In this document: piece by piece, positions 9,041 to 17,993 of the stretch
Position numbering within the stretch: the stretch's first letter is position 1
Layout: each line of letters begins with the position of its first letter
From: an uncultured Gammaproteobacteria bacterium
GTDB lineage: Bacteria > Pseudomonadota > Gammaproteobacteria > SG8-11
Assembly: GCA_964632225.1 (NCBI GenBank)
Contig: CAZWBV010000002.1
Coordinates: 1-26,097 of the forward strand
Direction: 5' to 3'
DNA: 26,097 bases
Notes under the pieces: generated by a model
The model's input: only the letters and a program-made list of their open reading frames with translations
Databases searched by the model: none
Told to the model about the DNA's origin: nothing
Program-made: the position numbers and the translations under genes

Positions 9041-10837
9041 TTATATCCGGGTGGATCGCACCTTCCTTATCATTTTTTTAAACAGGCTATCTTTTTTTAA
9101 CGCTTGTTTTTTTATATATTTATCCATACCGCCTATCCTGAATTCCGGTTCGATATACAAACTACTGAATTTTAGCAAATCGAGTGCCCAAGCGGCACTT
9201 AGAAAAGTAAATACGTCACGTTGTGGAATGTCCAGCGTTTGGGATGTCATCAACAGCGTGCAAGGTTCTTCGGCCCACAGTGATGCTATTTTTAATGCAG
9301 TGGCGGATAATTTAGGCTTGGGAATATTCGGCATTTTCCCCAAATACATATGCCTGCTTAAATCCGTGCCTTCAGGAATGCGGCCGCGTGACGCCCGGGT
9401 AGCAAGTTTCCACATAAAAGGGTCATAATCAAACAGCAGGCCTTCTTCTTTACATATATCATCATGAGAATCAGATAATACTGATATTGTTATATTTTCT
9501 CGTATTATAGGTACGCTACTCAGTGCAAATAATGAACGTTCACTTACTGTTAGCGAGGATTCTGGGTTAGGCTTTAAAAATACTTGTTTTGTTTGGTACA
9601 AAATAATAATTGATTGTAATGGACCTTGTAGCAGCACATTTTTTCTATTTAGTTGTGCCAGTTTAAATGCTTCTTTCAAATATCCCTGAAGATAGTTGCC
9701 AGGGTTATAATATATTCCTTCTTTATCTGCAATTTCTGAATTGTCGTTAGTGCTTTTGTTTGTATCGGGAGAAGTATCTAATTCTTCTAATTTTTTTACT
9801 GCGTCTTCAATGCTTAGTTTAATGGGCGATGGAGATGGAGTCGAATCATCTTCAGATGAATTTGAGTTTTGATCTTTAAAATTGAAGCCCCCATCCATTA
9901 AGGGTACTGAAGAAGTCGTGTCAGAAGTCGCGTCGAGTACGTTTTCCGCATCACTACCCGCCGTATCAGTATTCATCTTTGAGTCCCCAATATTTTCTTC
10001 TTCCGCTATATATTTATTTGCAGTTTTATCGAATACAATTTGTGGATTTACTTTTCCGACCTGAATTGTTGAATTAGATGGTGAAATTGAAATAATTCGT
10101 TTGGTTTTTTTTGCTTCCTTATTTGTCGGATTAGTTGTTAGATTAGCCGCCAGATCAGTTGCCGGATTAGGTTTTACTAAGCTGAGAATTTTAGCGTCCG
10201 ATTGAGTCTTATTAGTAGCAGGGGCATCACTTTTTATTTTTTTTTCCACTAATTCTTCAATATTTAGCCGCGCTATATTTTTAACGGCTAGGTTTCCATT
10301 ATCGATTTGCCTGATTTTTTCTATTAATGAAAGAGGTCGCTGTTTAGCCGTTTTTAGCGCTTTGGTATTTTTTACATTTTTCTGGCTTTTATATATAGTA
10401 GAAGATTTTTTTGCCTTTTTATCTGTTTTTTTAATTTTTGCCTTTTGTGATTCAATGCCAGATACCGATTGCAATTGTATTCGAACTTCGTTTAGGGCAT
10501 TTTTGAGTAATTTGCTGTCGATAGGTTTTCGCAAAAACACGCCATCTTCAATATTGGGTTCTTTAATGGATTCAAGTATGACAGGCCGGTTTGGATATTT
10601 GTCGCGGTGGTTTTTCCATGCCTGTTTTGAATCATAAACATCCATATCTATTATGCTGACATCGGCGTGTTTATCGTCAGATAAAACATAACTATTCATA
10701 CAGGGACCACGAAAAAACATGCGTAATGCGTTGATCGATTGTTGGCTCAATCCAATAGTCGATACGCGTAAAGAATTATCTTGTTCAAAAACCATTTTTC
10801 CCCCTAGTGGCATTCCTGTATATTCGATTTCAGTCAT
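9041..10837 (-). CDS. Atypical receiver-domain protein with a long disordered linker and a globular C-terminal domain
   Basis: N-terminal region has IIDMD (beta3 Asp), ILES and LRKP, but no acidic pair at beta1. A Lys-rich then Asp/Ser/Asn-rich linker of about 250 aa follows, then YYNPGNYLQGYL...ASRGRIPEG...VFTFLSAAWALDLL. The start could be 10795 (GGGGG 4-5 nt upstream). Confidence 0.7.
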   Translation of the reverse strand: MTEIEYTGMPLGGKMVFEQDNSLRVSTIGLSQQSINALRMFFRGPCMNSYVLSDDKHADVSIIDMDVYDSKQAWKNHRDKYPNRPVILESIKEPNIEDGVFLRKPIDSKLLKNALNEVRIQLQSVSGIESQKAKIKKTDKKAKKSSTIYKSQKNVKNTKALKTAKQRPLSLIEKIRQIDNGNLAVKNIARLNIEELVEKKIKSDAPATNKTQSDAKILSLVKPNPATDLAANLTTNPTNKEAKKTKRIISISPSNSTIQVGKVNPQIVFDKTANKYIAEEENIGDSKMNTDTAGSDAENVLDATSDTTSSVPLMDGGFNFKDQNSNSSEDDSTPSPSPIKLSIEDAVKKLEELDTSPDTNKSTNDNSEIADKEGIYYNPGNYLQGYLKEAFKLAQLNRKNVLLQGPLQSIIILYQTKQVFLKPNPESSLTVSERSLFALSSVPIIRENITISVLSDSHDDICKEEGLLFDYDPFMWKLATRASRGRIPEGTDLSRHMYLGKMPNIPKPKLSATALKIASLWAEEPCTLLMTSQTLDIPQRDVFTFLSAAWALDLLKFSSLYIEPEFRIGGMDKYIKKQALKKDSLFKKMIRKVRSTRI

Positions 10838-10893
10838 TTTTCATAAAGTAATAAATCTTTGCGAAATAAACTTAATAAATCCAATGATCTGGA

Positions 10894-11403
10894 TTAAAAA
10901 TTGTTTCGCAGGTGCTCGGTTAAACGCGTTGTACCCGTCAAACCCATTGCTAACACAGCATGGCCTGCCAACGGCATGACAGTCGTTGAATTTATCCCCT
11001 GTATTAATTTTTTCTTCATAGCGTCGTATCTAGGCCGGGTGAGTAATGCTTTGGATCTACCGAGCATTCTTGTTTTTAGTGTTTTACCATTTTTTCCAAT
11101 AGCGATAAATAAATCCAATAAAGCACTGTATGTTCCTTCCCTGTCTTGCAATTTTATGTGGAGGTTAATTCTTTGCACATGGTTTCGTAGGTCACCCGGT
11201 ATTCTTGCAACCCGTCTTGCCAGGTAGTCTGTCGTTTTCTCTCCCCAGTTACCCGGATCTAAGTTCACTGAATTAGTTGCAGGAATTAAGAAGCTCAGCT
11301 CAATATCTGAAGCACACTCAAACGCGATATACGCGGCCGACGGATCGAAACGCGTAGGCACAGAGTATAGAGATGAATTGTCGTAATTTAGACTTAACGC
11401 CAT
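10894..11403 (-). CDS. Conserved hypothetical helical protein, first gene of the roadblock/globin cluster
   Basis: LARRVARIPGDLRNHVQRI...ALLDLFIAIGKNG..LKTRML looks like a real helical protein. Same strand as, and 56 nt from, the next gene. ATG 11403 preferred over ATT 11427. Confidence 0.7.
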   Translation of the reverse strand: MALSLNYDNSSLYSVPTRFDPSAAYIAFECASDIELSFLIPATNSVNLDPGNWGEKTTDYLARRVARIPGDLRNHVQRINLHIKLQDREGTYSALLDLFIAIGKNGKTLKTRMLGRSKALLTRPRYDAMKKKLIQGINSTTVMPLAGHAVLAMGLTGTTRLTEHLRNNF

Positions 11404-12005
11404 AGGCACACCGTGATTCTTAATCAAATTCGAATAAATGCTACATTGTGTATTGTTAATTTATAAATTGTGTAATTGTCAAGTACTAAACAAAGGCAGC
11501 AATTTCTTGTTTTTCTATTATTATCCGGGAAGTCTTAACAAGATATTAATTATTGAATTTTGTAAAAAAATGTCTATGTTATCTATGTTATTAAAGATTG
11601 GATATGTTGTATCATTGGCACCAATTTAGCTGTTGCATCTCAAGCAATCATGTATCCAAAGTGATAATTATAATCGCTGCTCAAAGTTATTAGCCTATGA
11701 TTAGTTATAATACAGAGCGATAAATTAATAGATCGCTATAGTGTTGTCGATGCTTTTTTAGTTGATTAACCTTAACCCACGTTCGATGTGCAGGTACGCA
11801 TTGACATACTTCCCAAAATAGGAAGCCCCGCTAAATCTCTTCATGTGAGTGAGTTCTTTGGGGAAAAATCAGAGAGTTAATTGCAGAAGCCAGGCTGACT
11901 AAATTCTCTGCTGCTTTGTAATTCATCGGTTGTTTTCAGATGATATGCGCGTGGTGCCTTACTGAGTTTGGATTGAGTGTGGATTTTTCGCCAGTGCAGA
12001 TTAAT

Positions 12006-13388
12006 TTAACGTAGTTTTCGCGTTTTAAATTTGCGACCTTTTATATTATCTTCTGAAAGAATTTTCAACGCTTGTTTTGCAATTGGGCGCTCTACAGCCA
12101 CATACGCAAGATTATCGGTAATATCGATTTTACCAATTTGTTTACCGGGAAGTGTGCTGCTTGCGGTTAAGGCGCCTAATATATCGCCTGCGCGAACCTT
12201 GTTTTTACGACCGCCACTGATGCGCAGTGTTACCATGGATGGTTTAAGCGTGAAATTTTCTACCGTTCTTAATGAGGAAGTTTTTTTAATTTTGGCTGCA
12301 CTTTTTTGGTATTCCTCAATAGTCTCGACTTTGCGAAACTCCGATGCCATATAAATGCTTATTGCTAACCCTGCATCACCCGCACGGCCGGTGCGCCCAA
12401 TGCGGTGAACATATATTTCTGGGTCGTGCGGTAATTCGAAGTTAATCACGGCTTGCAGGTTTTTGATATCGAGTCCGCGCGCAGCCACGTCTGTTGCAAC
12501 AAGTATCGAACTGCTTTTATTTGAAAATTGTATCAAGACCTGGTCGCGTTCTTTCTGTTCAAGATCGCCGTGTAAAGCCAGGGTATGGAAGCCCCGTTGC
12601 CACAATGCGTCAGTCAATTCCTGGCATTGTTGTTTTCGATTACAAAATACCACGGTGGACTCCGGGCGATAATGTTGTAACAATGCAACCAGTGTTTTTG
12701 TTCGCTCTCCTTTTTGAATTTCATAGAAAATCTGTTCTATATTTTTATTCTCGTACGATGTTTGCACTCGAATATCAACAGGATTGTTCTGGATGGCATG
12801 ACTGATCTGCTTTATTTCATCGGGGTAGGTTGCAGAAAATAGTAAAGTTTGTCTTTTATCTGGTGTTGCTGTAATAATGCGCATGATGTCTTCATAAAAT
12901 CCCATATCCAGCATGCGATCGGCCTCATCCAGTACCAGTGTTTTTAAACTGTCCAGTTTTAAAGACCCTTTTTCTAAATGCTTTAATACACGCCCCGGTG
13001 TGCCGACGACAATGTGTGGGCTATGTTCCAGCGAAATTAATTGTGGGGCAATAGGTTTTCCTCCACACAACGTGAGAATCTTGATGTTGCCTGTGGCGCG
13101 CGCCAGGCGTCGGATTTCATTACTGACCTGGTCAGCCAATTCACGTGTTGGGCAAAGTACCAGTGCCTGGGTTGCGTATTTTTGTGCTTCGAGATTGTGC
13201 AATAAAGCGATACCAAATGCGGCTGTTTTACCGCTGCCTGTTTTTGCCTGAGCGAGTATGTCTTTACCTTTTAGAGTAGCGGGTAAACTTTGTACCTGGA
13301 TAGGCGTCATGACCAGGTAGTTCAGCGACCGTATGTTGGCTAAAAGCTCTGGCGATAAAGGCAGTGATGTGAAGTCAGTCGTTGTCAC
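12006..13388 (-). CDS. dbpA: ATP-dependent RNA helicase DbpA
   Basis: Q motif [31 protein letters not shown], and the DbpA RNA-binding C-terminus GGRKNKVRAGDILGAL. GTG start. Confidence 0.95.
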   Translation of the reverse strand: MTTTDFTSLPLSPELLANIRSLNYLVMTPIQVQSLPATLKGKDILAQAKTGSGKTAAFGIALLHNLEAQKYATQALVLCPTRELADQVSNEIRRLARATGNIKILTLCGGKPIAPQLISLEHSPHIVVGTPGRVLKHLEKGSLKLDSLKTLVLDEADRMLDMGFYEDIMRIITATPDKRQTLLFSATYPDEIKQISHAIQNNPVDIRVQTSYENKNIEQIFYEIQKGERTKTLVALLQHYRPESTVVFCNRKQQCQELTDALWQRGFHTLALHGDLEQKERDQVLIQFSNKSSSILVATDVAARGLDIKNLQAVINFELPHDPEIYVHRIGRTGRAGDAGLAISIYMASEFRKVETIEEYQKSAAKIKKTSSLRTVENFTLKPSMVTLRISGGRKNKVRAGDILGALTASSTLPGKQIGKIDITDNLAYVAVERPIAKQALKILSEDNIKGRKFKTRKLR

Positions 13389-13551
13389 TTGGATATCAAT
13401 TATTGCTACTTTTATTTTTTGGGAGGTCTATGATAGCATCTTTTATTGGTGCAGGCCGACTATTTTTTTAGATTTTTAATTTGCAAAGGTAGAGAAGACA
13501 GGTGCTTTTATGAGTCAGCCTTACTTGAATCCGCTAAGTGAAAGTTGAAAG

Positions 13552-14748
13552 ATGCAACTAACAGACGTCGTTATCATTGGTGCCAGCGCTGCAGGATTAA
13601 TGTGTGCTATAGAAGCGGGTAAACGTGGCCGTAAAGTTGTCGTATTGGATCATTCGAATAAGGCCGGTAAAAAAATCCTGATGTCTGGTGGTGGTCGATG
13701 TAATTTTACTAACTATTCAGTGAGTGCTGAAAACTACATTTCGCACAATCCACATTTTGCCAAGTCTGCATTGAGTCGTTATACACAATGGAATTTTATT
13801 GAGTTGATTAATAAATACGATATAGAATTTCACGAGAGATTGCACGGACAGTTGTTTTGTAACAACAGCGCAAAAGATATTGTTGCTATGTTAATAGCTG
13901 AATGTAAACAGGCTGGTGTGCTAATACAGCTGAATACCCGAATTGATACTGTTAATAAAATATCAAGTCATCAATTTGAAATAACCAGTAGTCAAGATGA
14001 TTTTCAGTGTCAGTCGTTGGTTGTCGCAACGGGTGGTTTATCTATACCCACTCTGGGTGCCAGTTCCTTTGGTTATAAAATTGCCGAACAGTTTCGTATT
14101 AAAGTCTGGCCCACTGCAGCTGGTTTGGTTCCCTTTACTTTGCAACCTGAGGATAAGAAAAAGTTCTCAGTATTGTCCGGCATTGCTGTCGAGAGTCAGG
14201 TTTGTATTCAAGGGCAATGTTTCCAAGAACAATGTTTCCAAGAGAACATACTGTTTACCCATCGTGGTCTAAGTGGCCCCGCTATTTTACAAATATCGTC
14301 TTATTGGCAACCCGGCGATGATGTTAAAATAGATTTGCTACCGGATATCGCGTTATTTAAATACCTGAAAGCTGCCAAACAGCGCCAGCCAAAACTTAGC
14401 TTAAAAACAGCGTTAGCGAAATGTCTTCCGAAGCGCCTGGTAACAACACTGATTGACAGCGATTTTTCTGATAAAGCACTGCATACGATAACTGATCATC
14501 GGCTGCAAGAAATTGAATCACGACTAAAGAAATGGACGATAAAACCAAATGGGACTGAAGGTTATCGAACAGCTGAAGTTACCTTAGGTGGTGTAGATAG
14601 TAACGCTCTGTCATCCAAAACAATGGAATGTAACGCTGTATCTGGTTTGTATTTTATAGGAGAAGTTGTTGATGTGACAGGTTGGCTTGGTGGGTATAAT
14701 TTCCAATGGGCATGGTCATCAGCGTGGTGTGCTGGGCAGTATGTTTAA
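13552..14748 (+). CDS. yhiN: YhiN/HI0933-family flavoprotein (RdsA-like putative 23S rRNA dihydrouridine synthase)
   Basis: IIGASAAGL, GKKILMSGGGRCNFTN, LFTHRGLSGPAILQISSYW, AEVTLGGVD, GWLGGYNFQWAWSS. Confidence 0.9.
   Translation: MQLTDVVIIGASAAGLMCAIEAGKRGRKVVVLDHSNKAGKKILMSGGGRCNFTNYSVSAENYISHNPHFAKSALSRYTQWNFIELINKYDIEFHERLHGQLFCNNSAKDIVAMLIAECKQAGVLIQLNTRIDTVNKISSHQFEITSSQDDFQCQSLVVATGGLSIPTLGASSFGYKIAEQFRIKVWPTAAGLVPFTLQPEDKKKFSVLSGIAVESQVCIQGQCFQEQCFQENILFTHRGLSGPAILQISSYWQPGDDVKIDLLPDIALFKYLKAAKQRQPKLSLKTALAKCLPKRLVTTLIDSDFSDKALHTITDHRLQEIESRLKKWTIKPNGTEGYRTAEVTLGGVDSNALSSKTMECNAVSGLYFIGEVVDVTGWLGGYNFQWAWSSAWCAGQYV
14215..14244 (+). repeat. In-frame 15-bp tandem duplication (QCFQE x2) inside yhiN
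   Basis: CAATGTTTCCAAGAA followed by CAATGTTTCCAAGAG (14/15 identical). Confidence 0.85.
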
Positions 14749-14848
14749 CTGTATATTTTCTTTTCAAAGGAGTACGATTACTTGTTTTTTTATTTGGACG
14801 ATATTCTAAATTGATAATTGATAGTGCAAAGTAAAGTAGGGTGAATTT

Positions 14849-15214
14849 ATGAATAACGACAAATCGTCAACCGCTAAGCTTGATCAGGTCATAGCTGAAA
14901 ACCGACGCTATCAGGATGAGCGGGCTAATTCATACCGTGAACGGGCTTTAAAAATGTACCCTTGGATTTGTGGTCGTTGTAGCCGTGAATTCACGCGGCA
15001 AAATATTTCAGAGCTTACGGTGCATCATCGTGATCATGACCATGATAATAATCCTGCTGATGGTAGTAACTGGGAGTTGTTATGCCTGTTTTGCCATGAC
15101 AATGAACATCAGCGACAGCTCGAGGTCTATGGTGCGGGCGAAGAGGAAAAGCAGAGTAAAGCAGCCACTTCTAATCCGTTTGCCGACCTAAGAAAGATGC
15201 TGGACAAAAAATGA
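14849..15214 (+). CDS. yajD: YajD-family HNH nuclease
   Basis: YRERALKMYPWICGRCSREF, LTVHHRDHDHDNNP.DGSNWELLCLFCHDNEH, ATSNPFADL. Confidence 0.92.
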   Translation: MNNDKSSTAKLDQVIAENRRYQDERANSYRERALKMYPWICGRCSREFTRQNISELTVHHRDHDHDNNPADGSNWELLCLFCHDNEHQRQLEVYGAGEEEKQSKAATSNPFADLRKMLDKK

Positions 15215-15301
15215 AAGAGGGGGTGGGGGCTACTAAGCTTGTTGGGGCGCACTTAAACCAGGCTTATATACCAACTGTCGGCTCATTTGGACTATTGAAA
15301 G

Positions 15302-15553
15302 TCAGGTTCGCTTACGTGGGGCATAGGTTGAACCACCTTTACCCGTCCTGGAATTGAGGTCTTCGGCGACTGTTTCCGCATGCAAGGTAACGGCTTTTAA
15401 AGTGCCAGGTTTTTTACCCTCAATACTTGAACTGCCTTGTCCAATCACGTATCGATGCCAATTATCTCCAGGCATGCCGTCCGGCGCAGCCATTTTCTCG
15501 ACCGTGACGACTCGGTATTTAGTGCTTAGTTTGTTTGTTTCATTTTCTTGCAT
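15302..15553 (-). CDS. Small conserved-looking hypothetical protein, probably co-transcribed with rhlE
   Basis: 83-aa ORF starting 3 nt after the rhlE stop, with AGAGGG upstream. Confidence 0.7.
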   Translation of the reverse strand: MQENETNKLSTKYRVVTVEKMAAPDGMPGDNWHRYVIGQGSSSIEGKKPGTLKAVTLHAETVAEDLNSRTGKGGSTYAPRKRT

Positions 15554-15556
15554 GAT

Positions 15557-16918
15557 TTAACACCCTCTTTGTTGACTTTGTCCTGCACTTTGTTTCGATC
15601 TATTACTTTTGGAAGCATACGGCGATGGTTGTGTACCGCGGCGTCGTGGTGTGGTTTGCTTGCGAGTGTTTTTATTTGTATTTTTGTTTGTATAAGAAGT
15701 GTTTGCGCTGTTGCCTGGTTTGCTGATACGTCGTCCTCTGTTGATAGGTTGTGCTACAATGGTTGGGTCAGGGGTGTAACCCGGAATAATTACTTTGCAG
15801 ATTTCACGTTTGATAAGTCGCTCGATATCACGCAGTAGTTTTAGTTCATCAACACATACCAGCGACATGGCTTCACCTTCATTGCCTGCGCGCCCTGTGC
15901 GGCCAATGCGATGAACGTAATCTTCCGGTATGTTGGGTAATTCGTAATTCACTACGTGAGGTAATTGATCTATATCCAGACCACGTGCGGCAATATCCGT
16001 TGCGACCAGTACACGTACTTTGCTAGATTTAAAATCGGCTAATGCTTTGGTGCGAGCGCCCTGGCTCTTGTTGCCATGAATTGCCACGGCAGTGATGCCA
16101 TCGGTTTTCAGTTGTGCCGATAGACGATTGGCGCCATGTTTTGTACGTGAAAATACCAAAACCTGTTTCCAGTTCTTGGAACCAATTAAAAAAGAAAGAA
16201 GTTCTCGCTTACGACTTTTATCGACTCGATGAACAACCTGTGTCACATTTTCAGATGTGGCATTGCGTTTTGCTACTTCGACCAAGGATGGGGATTTAAG
16301 TAAATCATTTGCCAGTTTTTTGATTTCACTTGAGAAGGTGGCAGAAAACAATAATGTTTGTTTTTTCTCAGGCAGCAGTGCGATGATCTTACGGATGTCT
16401 CGAATAAAACCCATGTCAAGCATGCGATCGGCTTCGTCAAGTACCAGAATATCTACATGTGAAAGGTCTATTGTTCGTTGGCCAACGTGATCCAGTAATC
16501 TACCCGGCGTGGCGACCAGGATATCTATACCGTTACGCAGTTTCTGAATTTGTGGATTAATATTTACACCACCAAATATTACGGTGGAACGTAGCGGTAA
16601 GTGTTTGCCATAAGTAATCACGCTTTCTGCAACTTGCGCTGCCAGTTCCCGAGTCGGAGTCAGAACCAGGGCACGGATAGAGCGACGTCCTGTTTTCACT
16701 TTATTTTGTGATAAGAGTTCTTGTGACATCAGTTTTTGCAAAAGCGGCAGTGTGAAACCTGCTGTTTTGCCGGTACCCGTTTGGGCACCACCCATGATGT
16801 CGCGTCCTTCAAGGATAAGCGGGATTGCTTTGAGTTGTATCGGGGTAGGCTCGGTATAGCCTTTTTCAGTTACTGCGCGAAGCAATTCGGCGCTGAGGCC
16901 GAGGGAATCAAATGACAT
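15557..16918 (-). CDS. rhlE: DEAD-box RNA helicase, RhlE-like
   Basis: MSFDSLGL start, [36 protein letters not shown], basic disordered C-terminal tail. GGAG RBS about 12 nt upstream of ATG 16918. Confidence 0.88.
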   Translation of the reverse strand: MSFDSLGLSAELLRAVTEKGYTEPTPIQLKAIPLILEGRDIMGGAQTGTGKTAGFTLPLLQKLMSQELLSQNKVKTGRRSIRALVLTPTRELAAQVAESVITYGKHLPLRSTVIFGGVNINPQIQKLRNGIDILVATPGRLLDHVGQRTIDLSHVDILVLDEADRMLDMGFIRDIRKIIALLPEKKQTLLFSATFSSEIKKLANDLLKSPSLVEVAKRNATSENVTQVVHRVDKSRKRELLSFLIGSKNWKQVLVFSRTKHGANRLSAQLKTDGITAVAIHGNKSQGARTKALADFKSSKVRVLVATDIAARGLDIDQLPHVVNYELPNIPEDYVHRIGRTGRAGNEGEAMSLVCVDELKLLRDIERLIKREICKVIIPGYTPDPTIVAQPINRGRRISKPGNSANTSYTNKNTNKNTRKQTTPRRRGTQPSPYASKSNRSKQSAGQSQQRGC

Positions 16919-17074
16919 GCGTACGAATTTCTCCAGGGATCGGCCTACCCAAAACCACATGGATTGGGACGGTCTAGGCAGAAACTTTCAATTGTGTTTC
17001 GAGGTGAACCGGAAAGGATTACCACAATACCAGGTGCAGACCGATGTGCACCAAAATTTGAAGAAGCCATTATA
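16919..17074 (-). promoter_or_regulatory. Putative rhlE promoter (-10 TATAAT) and a structured 5' leader of about 140 nt
   Basis: TATAAT on the minus strand at 17074-17069; no good -35. The leader contains GGTGCA-N8-TGCACC and GCCTA..CCCAA/TTGGG-TAGGC hairpins. Confidence 0.45.
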
Positions 17075-17139
17075 CCTGAATTTTTACTAAAAAGGGGGCT
17101 ATTGGCGTAATATTTTTCAATATAGAGCCTCATAGATAG

Positions 17140-17193
17140 TTAAGGAACCTCTGATTAATCCATTCGTCCCAGAATTAATCAGAGGTTCCTTAA
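17140..17193. repeat. Perfect 20-bp inverted repeat with 14-nt spacer (minimal MITE-like element and/or terminator)
   Basis: TTAAGGAACCTCTGATTAAT (17140-17159) and ATTAATCAGAGGTTCCTTAA (17174-17193). Confidence 0.85.
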
Positions 17194-17258
17194 ATATTAA
17201 CTTTATATTGGCACATTGTAGTCGTAAGACCCAACGATTTGGGTAATCATATGAAGAT

Positions 17259-17987
17259 TTATTTCGATTTTTCCAGCCATGCGTGAAGTTTTTCTTCTTC
17301 TTCTTTTATCACATAGGCATTAATTAACCCTCGTCTTAATGCGATAGATATTGCGCGTGTTCTTGGGTTTGCCATTTCATTGCCAGTTTCTGATTCGGGA
17401 AAGTCGAGTTCAATGCCTAGCTTTGCGTAGAGGGATTTGAGCCTGTTTTGTACTCCGCGTCGTGACAGGTAACGCCGTTCTGCAATTGCGTTGTCTTTTA
17501 AGCCCAATGCAATATCGATAAGTGCTTCGCACTCTCGGTCTGAAAGTGCACTATCAGATCGAGCAAGCCTAGCCTGCACTGGGCGAACCTTTGGGTCGAT
17601 CCAGCATTGCGACTCTTCAAATACTGCATTGATTGCCTTTGACAGCATTTTGGATCGATTATTCTTCAAAATATACCCGTAAACTGTTTCTGGCGGTATT
17701 ATTTTTGCCAAAGAACGCACGTACATTTCATCATCATATTGTGACCATATAATAATTCTTGCTTCTGGGTTGCTTTGCCATATGTTTTTTGCCAGCGCAA
17801 TACCATCAATCCCTGGCATTTGTATATCGCTAATGATCAGTGGTGATTGCATTCTGCCGATTTCAAACAGTGCATCAGTGCCATTTGCGACACATACGAC
17901 ATTGTAATTTGATAATAAATGACATAAAAAATCTATATCCCTGGGATTGTCATCGACGATCAGTATTTGTGAGCTGTGCTTTTTCAT
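17259..17987 (-). CDS. NarL/LuxR-family response regulator
   Basis: ILIVDD, IISDIQMPGIDG (phospho-Asp), GYILK, and C-terminal LSDRECEALIDIALGLKDNAIA...VQNRLKSLYAKLG HTH. Confidence 0.92.
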   Translation of the reverse strand: MKKHSSQILIVDDNPRDIDFLCHLLSNYNVVCVANGTDALFEIGRMQSPLIISDIQMPGIDGIALAKNIWQSNPEARIIIWSQYDDEMYVRSLAKIIPPETVYGYILKNNRSKMLSKAINAVFEESQCWIDPKVRPVQARLARSDSALSDRECEALIDIALGLKDNAIAERRYLSRRGVQNRLKSLYAKLGIELDFPESETGNEMANPRTRAISIALRRGLINAYVIKEEEEKLHAWLEKSK

Positions 17988-17993
17988 TGTTTA

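Noticed and set aside
11428-12005. Hidden GTPase or small gene upstream of the roadblock cluster (including ORF 11438-11629 and the fragment TFDVQVRIDILPKIG)
   Set aside because: No P-loop and no credible start or RBS; the frames are short and low-complexity.
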